Assembly: GCA_964371905.1 (NCBI GenBank)
Contig: CAYJOV010000003.1
Location: 2,140-54,883, forward strand
Direction: 5' to 3'
Source of the DNA: an uncultured Akkermansia sp.
Lineage (GTDB): Bacteria; Verrucomicrobiota; Verrucomicrobiia; Verrucomicrobiales; Akkermansiaceae
Length of the DNA stretch: 52,744 bases
Made by a program: the position numbers and the translations under genes. Position 1 is the first letter of the stretch; the number at the start of each line of letters is the position of its first letter. Positions 9,351 through 19,420 of this stretch are shown one piece after another. The notes beneath the pieces are model-generated. The model had not been told where the DNA came from. It ran no database searches and was given only the letters and a program-made list of their open reading frames with translations.

Positions 9351-9946
9351 CAGAAGAGAAGGGCGCAGAGCAGCATCACCGCTCCATAGAGTGTGCCCGC
9401 GATGGCACCTAGGCGCAAGAGTGTAGGACGCTCGCAGATCCAGTCAACCATATCGCGGAAGATATAGGGCTTGGCTACCCAAAACATAGCCACTGTGAGG
9501 ACAGGATAGCACCAGAGGGGGATGAGGAGGCGCGTGAGGGGCTCTTTGAGAAAGGCCGCTGTCAGCGGGACGCACACGGCGAGTAGGATGAGAAAGCCCA
9601 GTGCACGCGCAAAGAGATTCTCCTTGACCATGGAGCTGAGCACAAACCATGTGATGGGAGCAGCGATGAGTAAAATGCCACGCATGGCCTCAAAGCTAAA
9701 GAGGTCAATGGTGAGGGGATTCCAAGGAGCATCCAGCATCAAAAGCATGAACCAAAGCATCCCAACCCCTAGAGTAATCTGCCCGAGCAGTGTGGCTTGG
9801 GGCAGCTCGCGTAGCATCTTGCGCGTGCTCTCTGGCGAGAGCCAAGCATAGACATGGGTGAGGATAAGGATGAGCCCGAGGATGATGCCCGCACTACTGA
9901 GGCTGAGTTGCTCGTAGGCGTGAGTGTGGGAAGCGTATGCTGACAT
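9347..9946 (-). CDS. Conserved hypothetical integral membrane protein
   Basis: About 6 hydrophobic segments; 4-nt overlap with the exonuclease gene; upstream TTGATT-17-TAATAT. Confidence 0.75.
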   Translation of the reverse strand: MSAYASHTHAYEQLSLSSAGIILGLILILTHVYAWLSPESTRKMLRELPQATLLGQITLGVGMLWFMLLMLDAPWNPLTIDLFSFEAMRGILLIAAPITWFVLSSMVKENLFARALGFLILLAVCVPLTAAFLKEPLTRLLIPLWCYPVLTVAMFWVAKPYIFRDMVDWICERPTLLRLGAIAGTLYGAVMLLCALLFW

Positions 9947-10192
9947 AATGATCTGCGCCCATATTACCCTGTCAATCCTGTAGAATCAAGTTTATTCTTC
10001 CCCGATGACCTCACTTGTGTACCTGCTATGAATTGACAAGAAGGCAAAAGACGAAAGTCCACGAGAAAGAGATTCCAAAATCTAGCTCCGCACACGGACT
10101 AGGAGAGGCATAGTCTCCTCCTTAGAGATTTTGAAACTCTCCTCAGCTGGATTCTTTCGTCTGAGCTCGTAATCGCGCTATTGAAAGCTCAA

Positions 10193-10468
10193 TTACTTGA
10201 TTTTCTTTTTGAGGACAGGGGATGCCTTAAACGCCACATGCTCGCTCTCAGGGATGTCCATGGGCTCTCCCGAGAGGGGGTTGCGACCGATGCGTGCAGG
10301 TCGAGTCTTTTTTTCAAATGTACCAAAGCCTACTATCTGCACCTTCTCTTGGGAGACGACGTGAGTGATTGCTTTGAGTGTTGCATGAAGAGCATCCGAG
10401 GCATGTTGCTTTGTAGCACCAGTTCCCAGTTCTTTCTGGATTACGTGAATGAGTTTTGCCTTGTTCAT
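10193..10468 (-). CDS. HU family DNA-binding protein (paralog 1)
   Basis: MNKAKLI...VQIVGFGTFE...RIGRNPLSGEPMDIP...FKAS; start placed at the MNK ATG. Confidence 0.92.
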   Translation of the reverse strand: MNKAKLIHVIQKELGTGATKQHASDALHATLKAITHVVSQEKVQIVGFGTFEKKTRPARIGRNPLSGEPMDIPESEHVAFKASPVLKKKIK

Positions 10469-10714
10469 AATAATGGGGAGGTTAGGATGCAATATATATA
10501 CAACGAAAAACGCAAAAAAGCAAGTTGTATTTTCGAATATTTTGCTAATTTTAGTGTTTTTTCTTATGCTTAATGTCTTACGTTTTTAAGGATTGAAAAA
10601 TTGTAAGATATTGAAAATTTGTCTTTTAAATGTTAGAGGGAATCTTTTTTCGCGATAAGTACGGTGATAATTGAATACGAAGACGAAAGCTGGGTGTTGA
10701 AGGGTTTTGAAATG

Positions 10715-11533
10715 TTAAAATTTAAAATATCGAATCAATTCGCCGTCTTTGAAATCGACGGCTGCGCCACGCGCGTGCTCAAACCATGCACCCGTACAAA
10801 AGAGCTCTCGCTGCGCGCGTCGCCATGCGCCGCAGCGATGAAAATGTCCAAAGATAATATGCCGACTCTCGGGGGCAAACTGCCTCGCAAAAAGCTCCGC
10901 CCGATGCGGTGCTATTAACCATGCACGCAGGATGTTGTAAGGGCGCTGCGGAGGCCAAAAGCAATGAAGCATCTTGTTTAGGAGAGGGATCGGTGTATGC
11001 AATCGCGACTTGTGTACAGGCCTGACGTGCAGAGAGAGCGCGCGAGCAAGCTCTAGTTTTGCTCGCAAATCATGTCCGCGGGTCGGGTAGCTGGCGATGA
11101 GCGCATCGCTGCTGGCTCTATCATAGAGATACTCCCATCCCCAAGGAGCGACCTCATCAAAAAACATATGCCCGTGCACAACTATCGTGCTGCCGCCCCA
11201 GAGCCTCAGCATCATGTGAGGGGCATCCGTATCATGGTTGCCCGCCAGCTCAATGAGCTGGATGCCCGCCCGCGCGCAAGCCGAGCGGAATCGCTCACGC
11301 AGAGCAAGTCCCTGCTCACGGCACGCATGCGCGGGACGTGTCTCTGCTAGATCCCCTGCGATAACGAGGATATCCACGCCCTGCATGCGTGCGACGAGCT
11401 GCTCGGGCTCAGGCACACGACTACGGGGATGTCCATAGTGAAGGTCTGATAAGATGCGCACGCAAGTGCCGTGCTCTGGTGTGAGAGAGAGCACGAGACT
11501 ATTCTCGCTTGTTGTCGATTCCTGTGTGTTCAT
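10715..11533 (-). CDS. Calcineurin-like metallophosphoesterase
   Basis: SDLHYG, AGDL, GNHD, VHGH, FGHFH motifs; start placed at MNTQ, downstream of the hairpin. Confidence 0.85.
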   Translation of the reverse strand: MNTQESTTSENSLVLSLTPEHGTCVRILSDLHYGHPRSRVPEPEQLVARMQGVDILVIAGDLAETRPAHACREQGLALRERFRSACARAGIQLIELAGNHDTDAPHMMLRLWGGSTIVVHGHMFFDEVAPWGWEYLYDRASSDALIASYPTRGHDLRAKLELARALSLHVRPVHKSRLHTPIPLLNKMLHCFWPPQRPYNILRAWLIAPHRAELFARQFAPESRHIIFGHFHRCGAWRRAQRELFCTGAWFEHARGAAVDFKDGELIRYFKF

Positions 11534-11557
11534 AGCTGTATTTTTGAAAAAAGAAGA

Positions 11558-11587
11558 GCAACGAGGCATCCAACGTTGCCTCGTTGC
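11558..11587 (-). terminator. Hairpin/terminator after the rlmB-like gene
   Basis: GCAACGAGGCA-8 nt-TGCCTCGTTGC perfect stem followed by a T-rich run on the minus strand. Confidence 0.65.
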
Positions 11588-11631
11588 GAAAAAATACTCA
11601 AGATCTTTATGCTGTGATCGTGAAGCAGTCT

Positions 11632-12255
11632 TTACGAAGGAGGACTGCCTGCGCCGAGTCGCTGTCGGAGAGCCTCATAGAGACAGACCCCCGTCGCAAC
11701 CGATACGTTGAGGCAGGGGACTTGTCCCTGCATGGGGATATTGATCAGGTAGTCACAATTCTCCTCAGTCAAGCGGCGCATCCCACTGCCTTCTGCACCC
11801 ATGACGAGGGCAACCCCGCCGAGAAAGTCCATCTCATAGAGGCTACGATCGGCCTTGTCCGAGGTACCCGTGATCCAGATACCCGCCTTCTGCATGTCTT
11901 TCATCGTGCGAGCGAGGTTGGTCACATGGATGAAGGGGACGTGGAGTGCCGCTCCTACCGAGACACGCATGACGGTCTCGGTGATGGTGGCAGATTTATC
12001 CTTGGGCGCAATCACGGCGGTGACTCCTGCCCCGTCCGCAGTGCGCAGGATTGCCCCAAGGTTATGCGGGTCTTGGATACAGTCGAGGATGAGATAGAGC
12101 CCCTTGGGCTGCTGCTCGAGGAGATCAACGAGCACGCCCTCAGGGTGGGGCTTCATCATGATCTCTCCGTGCCTGACCTCACTCTCGGCGCAGAGTGTGT
12201 GCTTGTTGGCACGTGCTTCGCGCTCCTTGAATTTTGACTTAAAATTCTTGATCAT
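11632..12255 (-). CDS. SpoU/TrmH-family 2'-O-ribose RNA methyltransferase (RlmB-like)
   Basis: LDCIQDPHNLGAILRTADGAG, LVMGAEGSG, NIPMQGQVPCLNVSVA. Confidence 0.9.
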   Translation of the reverse strand: MIKNFKSKFKEREARANKHTLCAESEVRHGEIMMKPHPEGVLVDLLEQQPKGLYLILDCIQDPHNLGAILRTADGAGVTAVIAPKDKSATITETVMRVSVGAALHVPFIHVTNLARTMKDMQKAGIWITGTSDKADRSLYEMDFLGGVALVMGAEGSGMRRLTEENCDYLINIPMQGQVPCLNVSVATGVCLYEALRQRLGAGSPPS

Positions 12256-12264
12256 ATGCGTGTT

Positions 12265-15200
12265 TTAGATATCCCAGTGATCAAGCCAGCGGAAGGAGAC
12301 GACCTTGAGCTTGCGGCCCATGACTTTGTTCATATCCGAGAAGGAGTCGCTAGACTTGCTGCCATCTGGGTTACGCTCGCTTTCGTACGGATTGTTTGTG
12401 GGATCGACGTATTCAATGCTGCGTTGGACGATGGCCTCGCACCATGCTTGGGCGAGGATGGCATCCTTGCTATTGCGTACGCAGCCATAGGAGCGTACGA
12501 CAAAGGTGTCGTCGCGCAGGGTGAGAATATTGCTCAGAGACATGAGCACATCACTCTGGATGAGGTAGCCAGGGGCTGCCGTGTGGATTGAACCCAGAGC
12601 TGCCTCGGGGAATTTGTAGAGCCTGCCTTCGATTTTCTGATCGACCATGACTTCATTGAAGTTCTCATTGATGGAGGTTTTATCGATGGCTGCTTGGAGA
12701 GCACCCGAGAGGGCGTGCTCCGTATTGCTTGCATCCAATCGACGGTTGATGAAGTCGGACATGCTCAGGAAAGGACCGCGCTCGCGTACCTGCTCCACGA
12801 TGCGCTCGGCGAGCTCTTGGATAGAATTGTTGTCAAGCTTGCGTACCTCTCCCCATGCCGCGAGTAGACCATCACCATTACGCAGATCCGTGGAGCCACG
12901 CATCATGCTATAACCGCCGAGCGAGTCAATGCTCTTGTCCGTGGTGGAGACCATGAAGCGCGAGAAGAGCACATCGGTCTCATTCTTGCCTTCCTCGACG
13001 AAGGAGAGCTTGCCGTTGACATTGGACACTAGCTGACGCTTGGAGAGACCACGCAGCGTAGCGGCCCATGCCTCCACCGAGGTAGAGTTCACGTTGAAGC
13101 CCCCGTCAACCATGAGGAATTGGGCGATGTACTTCCATCCATCCTCTGCCATGACACGCTCAATGATCGCATCGTTGCTGTAGGGATTGTCTGCCTTGAC
13201 GTGTCGAGAGACGGGCAGGGGATTCTCATCGTTGAGGAACTCTGTCAGTGTGGTACGAGCATCAATGGTACCTGAAGCCGAGGGCATATCCGAAACAGAG
13301 GAGGTGAAGAAGCGATCCCAGAGCGCGTCATTGATGAGCAGTCCATGGTCATAGTAGTCGTCAAAGATCTGCTCTTGTCCGTAGATGAGAGGGTAGTTAT
13401 TATTAAAGACGACGTGAGTATCATCAGCAGGGAGAGCTGGATCGGCAAAGGAGTTGCCAATGCCCACAGCGGGAACACCCGACTGGTACTGCTGGCGCAC
13501 GAGATTGGAGCTACCGCCATCAAAGACGGTGCGCTGTGTACCCTTGAACCAGCCAGGTAAGAGGCGCATACCGTTGTATCCTGCCAGCGAGAAGGGGGGG
13601 TGCATGGCTACCTCCTGCGAGGAGATGAGTGACACCTGCTCCCCATCGCTGGAGACCCCGTAGAAGCCGCGTCCATTGATACTATCAAGAGGGGCTGTTG
13701 TCAGACCACCGCCGACCTCGATGTTGACGAGCTGGTAGGGGTGGTAGGTGCGCATCTGCTCATCGGGCTCAGCGAGGCGAGAGCCAAAGAAGGCGGGGCT
13801 GGAGTACTGCCATGACTTGGTACGGTAATCCCCCTGCGAGAAGCGTGTGCGCAGCGTGCCATTAGCCGATTTGGGCACGATACCCACGGCGGCGACGTAG
13901 TAGGGCTGATCCACATCATTCATCGAGGTGGTCCAGTAGTCCATATTCATGATATCAAGATCCTCTGTCGTGGTATCAGGATCATACCAGCCTAGGGTAT
14001 AGCGCTGGGGCGAGTTCAAGTACTTACCTATGGCATCGCTGGAGCGATCCGCCTTGTGCAGTCCCATGTAGCCTACGCGAAAGGTGAGCATCTCGCGTGA
14101 GCCTGCAAAGAAGTATCCTAGATTGCGATTGTCGATAAGAATGGGCGTATTACCACGTGAGGGGTCGTTGTGCGCACCAAAGCGCAGGTTGAGCGGTCGC
14201 ACGCGATTAGCCAGACGTTCGGCGGTTTCCTGACTGTAGAAGTAGGCCTTGAGACCCGAGGTCGTCTTGGGGTCATACTCATTGTAGAAAGGGTTTTCAA
14301 AGGCTCCTGTAACGCCTCCACTACCATCGCTACCTGCAGCCGTACCATTGGAGGGCGAGAAGATGAGAATCTCCCCTGGTGCAAAGACGATGTCTGCACT
14401 CTCATTGCCCTCCGTTTTGATGAAATACTGCCCATAGTCCTCGCCAAAGCTCTGTGCTATGTCGTAGGCTGTGCCGTTTGCCCCCGCGCTCAGATTGTTT
14501 GGGTCGGGATTGTAGGGCTGGATCATGCAGTAATTCGTCCAGCGATGAGGGAGTCCATCGCTGTGCTGTGACCAGCTCTGCAGCCACATGGTCTTGTAAG
14601 GGATGGTGTGTACCCAGAGCTTTTTACCAGGGATGCGCATCTCCACATTATAGGGATTCCACCAGAGGACAACAGGCGTGTAGCCAACACTGAGCTTGTA
14701 GGTGCCATTGTCATTGGGCTCCGTGTACATGAAGAAGCTCTTCATGTAGGAAAGCAGCACGGGCCAACGCGCGTAGCCCGCCGTCTTGGAGCCCTCATCA
14801 AGCAGTGTTTTGATATCATAATCAGATTCCGCCGTCGAGTTCGTATCAAGGATATGCTCTTCCTCATTCATTGGTAGAGCACTACCACTCATACGCGTAT
14901 ACGCTGTATTAAGATTACCTACGAGGCGTCCATGGAAGGCATTCGTCGTAGAGTCCCCCTTGGGCCAAGTATTGTGGTAGGCATGTAGATTCTGCCAGCT
15001 GCCAATGGGCTTGTCACGCGTCTTGCTCTCAGCGACCTCGCCACCTTGCTCGACGATAGGCGCGTCCTGTGCCGTGCGGCGGGCAAACTCGGTGCCCGCA
15101 AGCCCCTCTTTGTTGAGTAAGAGCGAGAGGTCTTGCTTGAGCCCACCCATGCGTATATTGGTAGGCAGGGTGTAGGAGCTTGTGGTGATGTCAAAGAAAT

Positions 15201-16026
15201 AGGGTGCTCCCGCGCTGCGAGAGGCCTTGTTGGCTAGAGGGAGAGTCTGGAGAGTGAGCAGTTTCGCATTGTCGCTGATAGGCTCAGCGAGCTCCTCATA
15301 GAGCACACTGCCGACAAAGGAAGGAGTGGGCGTATCCCAAGTGCGGCGCAGTGCGGTGACGGGGTCAGAGGTGGGCTCGACATCCTCGATGGTGATTTTT
15401 GCCTTCTGATTTTCACCTCCTACCCACCACGCGTATTGTGTTGTATTTTGGCCGCGTGAGGGCATGCTAATCAGGTCAGCGTAGACGTACTGAGTGGGCG
15501 AGGCATTGGCACCCAGTGTCCCTTCGCCAATGAGGCAGATACGCTCGCCGGGGTTGCTATTGCTGAGGTCTTTGTAGGCTTCAAGCTCAGTAGTTTTCTT
15601 CTCATTGCGGGAGGAGATGAGCCAGCGGCGGAACATGGAGGGACGCCCCTTTTCATAGGTGTCTTGAATTTTACTGCCCTAGCCACTGACGCTTCGTCCG
15701 TAGATAGGACCATCCCAGCTATTCCATACGCCTAGGATGTAGGGGCTCACGCCTTGATCGTTGCTGTTCATGATGCCCGAGTTGGCGGTGACGCGCTGAT
15801 CAGGTCCTACCTCTGATTGGAGGGTTGCAATCGCAGCATCAAGACCGACGCGCGCTTGCTGACGCGCCTCCTCAACGAGGAGTTTCTGTGCGGCGATACG
15901 ATTACGACTGGCGACCAGAGACATTAGACCTATCGCAATGAGCGCGATGAGTATCATGAGTACCATGGTGGCGATGATGGCAAAGCCTGGTTGTTGCTTT
16001 GCTGGTAGTTTACGATGCGTTTTCAT
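12265..16026 (-). pseudogene. Large PilX-N-terminal / Verru_Chthon cassette protein A-like exported protein, interrupted by one in-frame TAG at 15679-15681 (pseudogene, readthrough or sequence error)
   Basis: ORFs 15679..16026 and 12265..15636 are in the same frame, joined by TAG plus 14 sense codons. N-terminus PGFAIIATMVLMILIALIAIG...GPDQRVTA; C-terminus GFNVNSTSVEAW, RGPFLSMSDFINR, RDDTFVVRSYG, WCEAIVQR, FRWL. Confidence 0.8.
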
Positions 16027-16266
16027 GCTTCTTGATGAGGAGGGGATCTAGAGAGGATGTAGATACCACGAGATTATCTGTAAAGATGTGATACAGGGGT
16101 GCTTCTATCATCTGCTCCGCGTGATTGATCGATATTTTCACACTGGGGTTGTTTTTCATGTTTGAATTTACACAAATGGCTTAAAAAATCAAGCTAAATT
16201 TGTATACATTCTACAGAGTAACGAAAAGCATTTGCACTCTATTGCGGGAGTCTCGCTTATTCTCTC

Positions 16267-16295
16267 TTGACCTCGGGGGGTGGGGAGGGTAGACT
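16267..16295 (+). promoter_or_regulatory. sigma70 promoter (probably leaderless) of the U32 gene
   Basis: TTGACC-17 nt-TAGACT, then 7 nt to ATG at 16303. Confidence 0.6.
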
Positions 16296-16302
16296 GCTTG
16301 GC

Positions 16303-17571
16303 ATGCAGCAGATCCAACAGATGGAAATCATGGCACCCGCGGGCTCTTTTGAATCACTCTCCGCCGCTTTGCGCGCTGGTGCTCATAGCGTGTATTTTGG
16401 CGTTGGGCTCTTCAATATGCGTGCGCGTAGCACCGTGAACTTTCAAGTCTCCGATCTCAAGGGAGTCGCCCGTCGCTGCCATGCCTACGGGGCAAAGGCT
16501 TATCTCACTTGTAATGTCATTATCTACGACCACGAGATTGAGCCCATGGAGGAGCTGCTCCGTGAGGCGAAGGCTGCTGGTATTGACGCGGTCATCGCGG
16601 CTGATATGGCGGTGATCACGTACGCGCATCGCATAGGACTCTCGGTGCACATCTCCGTGCAGGCCAATGTGTGCAATATCAGCACGGTGCGCTTCATGGC
16701 GCAGTATGCCGATGTGATGGTGCTCGCACGCGAGCTCAAGCTCAGTCAGGTGCGCTCCATTATAGAGGAGATACGCGCTCAAGATATTCGCGGACCGCTC
16801 GGTGAGCTGGTGCGCATCGAGATCTTTGCCCACGGAGCTCTCTGTATTGGTATCTCGGGGAAATGCGGCATGAGCCTCTCAGCCTACAATGCGAGCGCGA
16901 ATCGCGGGCAGTGCTACCAGCTCTGTCGTCGCAAGTACCGCGTGACGGACCTGCAAAGCGGATTTGAAATGGATATTGACAACGAATACGTCATGTCTCC
17001 CAAGGATATATGCACGATACGCGTGATCGACCAGCTCGTTGAGGCCGGCGTCTCAGTATTCAAGCTCGAGGGGCGCGGCCGCTCAGAGAGCTATGTCTCC
17101 ACCGTGACGCGCGTCTACAAGGAGGCTGTAGCCTGTTGCGCGGCGGGTGAATGGACTGCTGAAAAAGTACCCGCTTGGGAAGAGGAGTTGCTGCGTGTAT
17201 TCAACCGCCAATTCTGGCAGGGCGGCTACTACCTCGGCGAGGACTGGGATGTCTGGAGCGGCTGCTCCAACAGCCTCGCCATGGAGCAGCGTCAGCACCT
17301 TGGACGCGTCATGCGCTGGTACCAGAAAGCAGGTGTGGCACAAATACGCCTCGAAGCCTCCGCTCTCAGCCTCGACGATGATATAGAAATCACAGGTCCC
17401 ACAACGGGACATGTCCGCCTCAAAGTGGCGGAGCTGCGCTATGATAATGATGAGGGCGAGACTCTGATTGCCGAGACTGTGCCCAAGGGCTACATGGCTT
17501 TTCTCCCTATCAATGTGAAGGTGCGCCACGGGGACAAGGTCTATCTCGTCTCACGCCGTCGCCTCGGCTAG
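16303..17571 (+). CDS. U32-family protein (TrhP-like tRNA hydroxylation protein with C-terminal beta-barrel)
   Basis: EIMAPAGS, VLARELK, EIFAHGALCIGISGKC, ANRGQCYQLCRR, MSPKDIC, FKLEGR. Confidence 0.9.
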   Translation: MQQIQQMEIMAPAGSFESLSAALRAGAHSVYFGVGLFNMRARSTVNFQVSDLKGVARRCHAYGAKAYLTCNVIIYDHEIEPMEELLREAKAAGIDAVIAADMAVITYAHRIGLSVHISVQANVCNISTVRFMAQYADVMVLARELKLSQVRSIIEEIRAQDIRGPLGELVRIEIFAHGALCIGISGKCGMSLSAYNASANRGQCYQLCRRKYRVTDLQSGFEMDIDNEYVMSPKDICTIRVIDQLVEAGVSVFKLEGRGRSESYVSTVTRVYKEAVACCAAGEWTAEKVPAWEEELLRVFNRQFWQGGYYLGEDWDVWSGCSNSLAMEQRQHLGRVMRWYQKAGVAQIRLEASALSLDDDIEITGPTTGHVRLKVAELRYDNDEGETLIAETVPKGYMAFLPINVKVRHGDKVYLVSRRRLG

Positions 17572-17582
17572 CCCACAGAAAA

Positions 17583-17605
17583 AGACTCCCTCAGCGAGGG
17601 AGTCT
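17583..17605. terminator. Terminator between convergent genes
   Basis: AGACTCCCTC-agc-GAGGGAGTCT. Confidence 0.7.
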
Positions 17606-17618
17606 CTTATGAGAGGCA

Positions 17619-17978
17619 TTAGCGTCCGCGTATGATGTCGATGAGCTTGGGCAGATTCATCTTCTCTTTGCGCAGGATATCTTGGAGCTCATTGATCTCC
17701 TTGCGCGTTGCCTCCTCATTGTAAAGGACGAGGAGTCGCAGTGCGTCCTTCGCGGAGAACTGACGCACGATGGACTGGAGCTCAAAGAGCTGCTCAATAG
17801 CTTGCTGTTGATCCTTCCCCTTCTGCGCCTCTCGAAGAATAGTCACAAGGGCTGTCAGGCAATCGACAGGATCACCGCTACGCTTGGCCTTGGCGAGAGC
17901 CTCCTCTGCAGGATTGCTGCAGGAGGATAGGATCAGGGCGGGAATCGCAGTGCTGGTATATAGGATGTATTTGTTCAT
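17619..17978 (-). CDS. Hypothetical helical lipoprotein
   Basis: Signal peptide with lipobox ILSSC; lies 11 nt downstream of the preceding gene in the operon. Confidence 0.75.
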   Translation of the reverse strand: MNKYILYTSTAIPALILSSCSNPAEEALAKAKRSGDPVDCLTALVTILREAQKGKDQQQAIEQLFELQSIVRQFSAKDALRLLVLYNEEATRKEINELQDILRKEKMNLPKLIDIIRGR

Positions 17979-17989
17979 GTTGCTGAATA

Positions 17990-18385
17990 TTACTTGAGTC
18001 TAATGGGTTGATTCATTTGCTTTAGGAAACGTAAGGCTGAGTGAACATGCTGATCAATCCGGGTATCGTCGAAAGAGCCCACCGTGAGATCGAGCTGGAG
18101 GATGCGATCGACTTCTTGGTTGATCTCTTTATTTTCACGCAAAAAGCGTTTTTGAAGCTTCTGTTGCGCTTTCTTATCAAGACCCTTGTAGAGGTGATAG
18201 AGCGTCACAATATAGCGCTTGCCCTGATCAAGGGTCTGCTGGTCCTCTATGCTTTCGAGCACGTCTTCACCGACCTCAAAAAGCTCTTCAGGTGTGCGCG
18301 CCTGAGCGACACGCTCCTCGAGTGAAGGACCGCAGGAGCAGAGAAAGAGGGTCGTGCTTAGCAGGATGGAGTGGAGAAAGGTCAT
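17990..18385 (-). CDS. Hypothetical helical lipoprotein
   Basis: Lipobox LCSC; ATGA overlap with the dusB stop. Confidence 0.75.
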   Translation of the reverse strand: MTFLHSILLSTTLFLCSCGPSLEERVAQARTPEELFEVGEDVLESIEDQQTLDQGKRYIVTLYHLYKGLDKKAQQKLQKRFLRENKEINQEVDRILQLDLTVGSFDDTRIDQHVHSALRFLKQMNQPIRLK

Positions 18386-19392
18386 GATGCGCTACTGTCT
18401 ATCAGGGGGGTGAGAATCTCATGGAGCTGCTCATAGCTCTCGACGCGTGAGAGCAGTGGGCGCAAGGGCTTTGTCCCCGCTATGCCCTTGGCATAGGCGA
18501 GAAGGCGTGCTCTCATGGCTCTCATTGTGTTGATGGTCGAGCCGTAGTGCTCACTATCCAGCGCGAGGCGCGTGTGGCGCAGCATGAGCCCGAGGCGTGC
18601 CTGTGCGCTTGCAGGTGGTGGCACGATGCCCGTCTCAAGATAATGTCGGCATTGGGAGAAAATCCACGGATCATTCATCGCCGCGCGTCCTATCATCACC
18701 GCCGCTACTGCCCCACGCTCGCGCAGGTCACGCACCTGCTCGGGGCTGCGAATATCGCCGTTGCCAATGATGGGCAGATGGGGCAGCGCGCGCGCGCAGG
18801 CCTCGATCACCGACCAGTCGGCCGAGCCACCGTATTGCTGGGAGCGCGTGCGCCCATGGATAGCAATCGCACGCACACCTGCGTCAGAGAGTCGTTGGGT
18901 ACACTCGAGGGCATTGATATGGTCCGCATCCCAGCCTATGCGGATCTTGACCGTCACAGGACAGCTCTCGTGCATCTCACGCACGACCGTGGAGGCGATC
19001 TCTTGGAGCAGCGGAAGGTCTTTGAGCAAGGATGAGCCGCCATTCTTCCCCACGACCTTGGTGACGGGGCAGCCCGCATTGATGTCGATGAAGTCGGGCT
19101 GCATCGCATCATAGATGATGCGCGCGGCCGCGGCCATGTTGCTTGGTTTGCTTCCGAAAATCTGCACGCCCAGAGGGCGGTGCTCATTGCAGAATTGCAC
19201 GTAGCGGCGATTGCGCTCCCATGCCTGCAAGACCCCCTCCGCAGAGACGAACTCCGTCATGAGCACATCCGCCCCCATCTCCTTGCAGATGCTACGAAAG
19301 ATGGGATCGGTCACCCCTGCCATCGGAGCGAGATAGAGGGGAAAGTCGGCGCGAGGGGCGGGGAGAGGGAGAAAACTCAGCGAGGCGGGCAT
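18382..19392 (-). CDS. dusB: tRNA dihydrouridine synthase DusB
   Basis: LAPMAGVTD, VQIFGS, IDINAGCP, VTVKIRIGW, IHGRT, GNGDI, VMIGRA; start placed at MPASL to avoid overlap with the upstream gene. Confidence 0.92.
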   Translation of the reverse strand: MPASLSFLPLPAPRADFPLYLAPMAGVTDPIFRSICKEMGADVLMTEFVSAEGVLQAWERNRRYVQFCNEHRPLGVQIFGSKPSNMAAAARIIYDAMQPDFIDINAGCPVTKVVGKNGGSSLLKDLPLLQEIASTVVREMHESCPVTVKIRIGWDADHINALECTQRLSDAGVRAIAIHGRTRSQQYGGSADWSVIEACARALPHLPIIGNGDIRSPEQVRDLRERGAVAAVMIGRAAMNDPWIFSQCRHYLETGIVPPPASAQARLGLMLRHTRLALDSEHYGSTINTMRAMRARLLAYAKGIAGTKPLRPLLSRVESYEQLHEILTPLIDSSAS

Positions 19393-19420
19393 AGAGTGGG
19401 AGCAAAGCGAGAGTGGGCGA

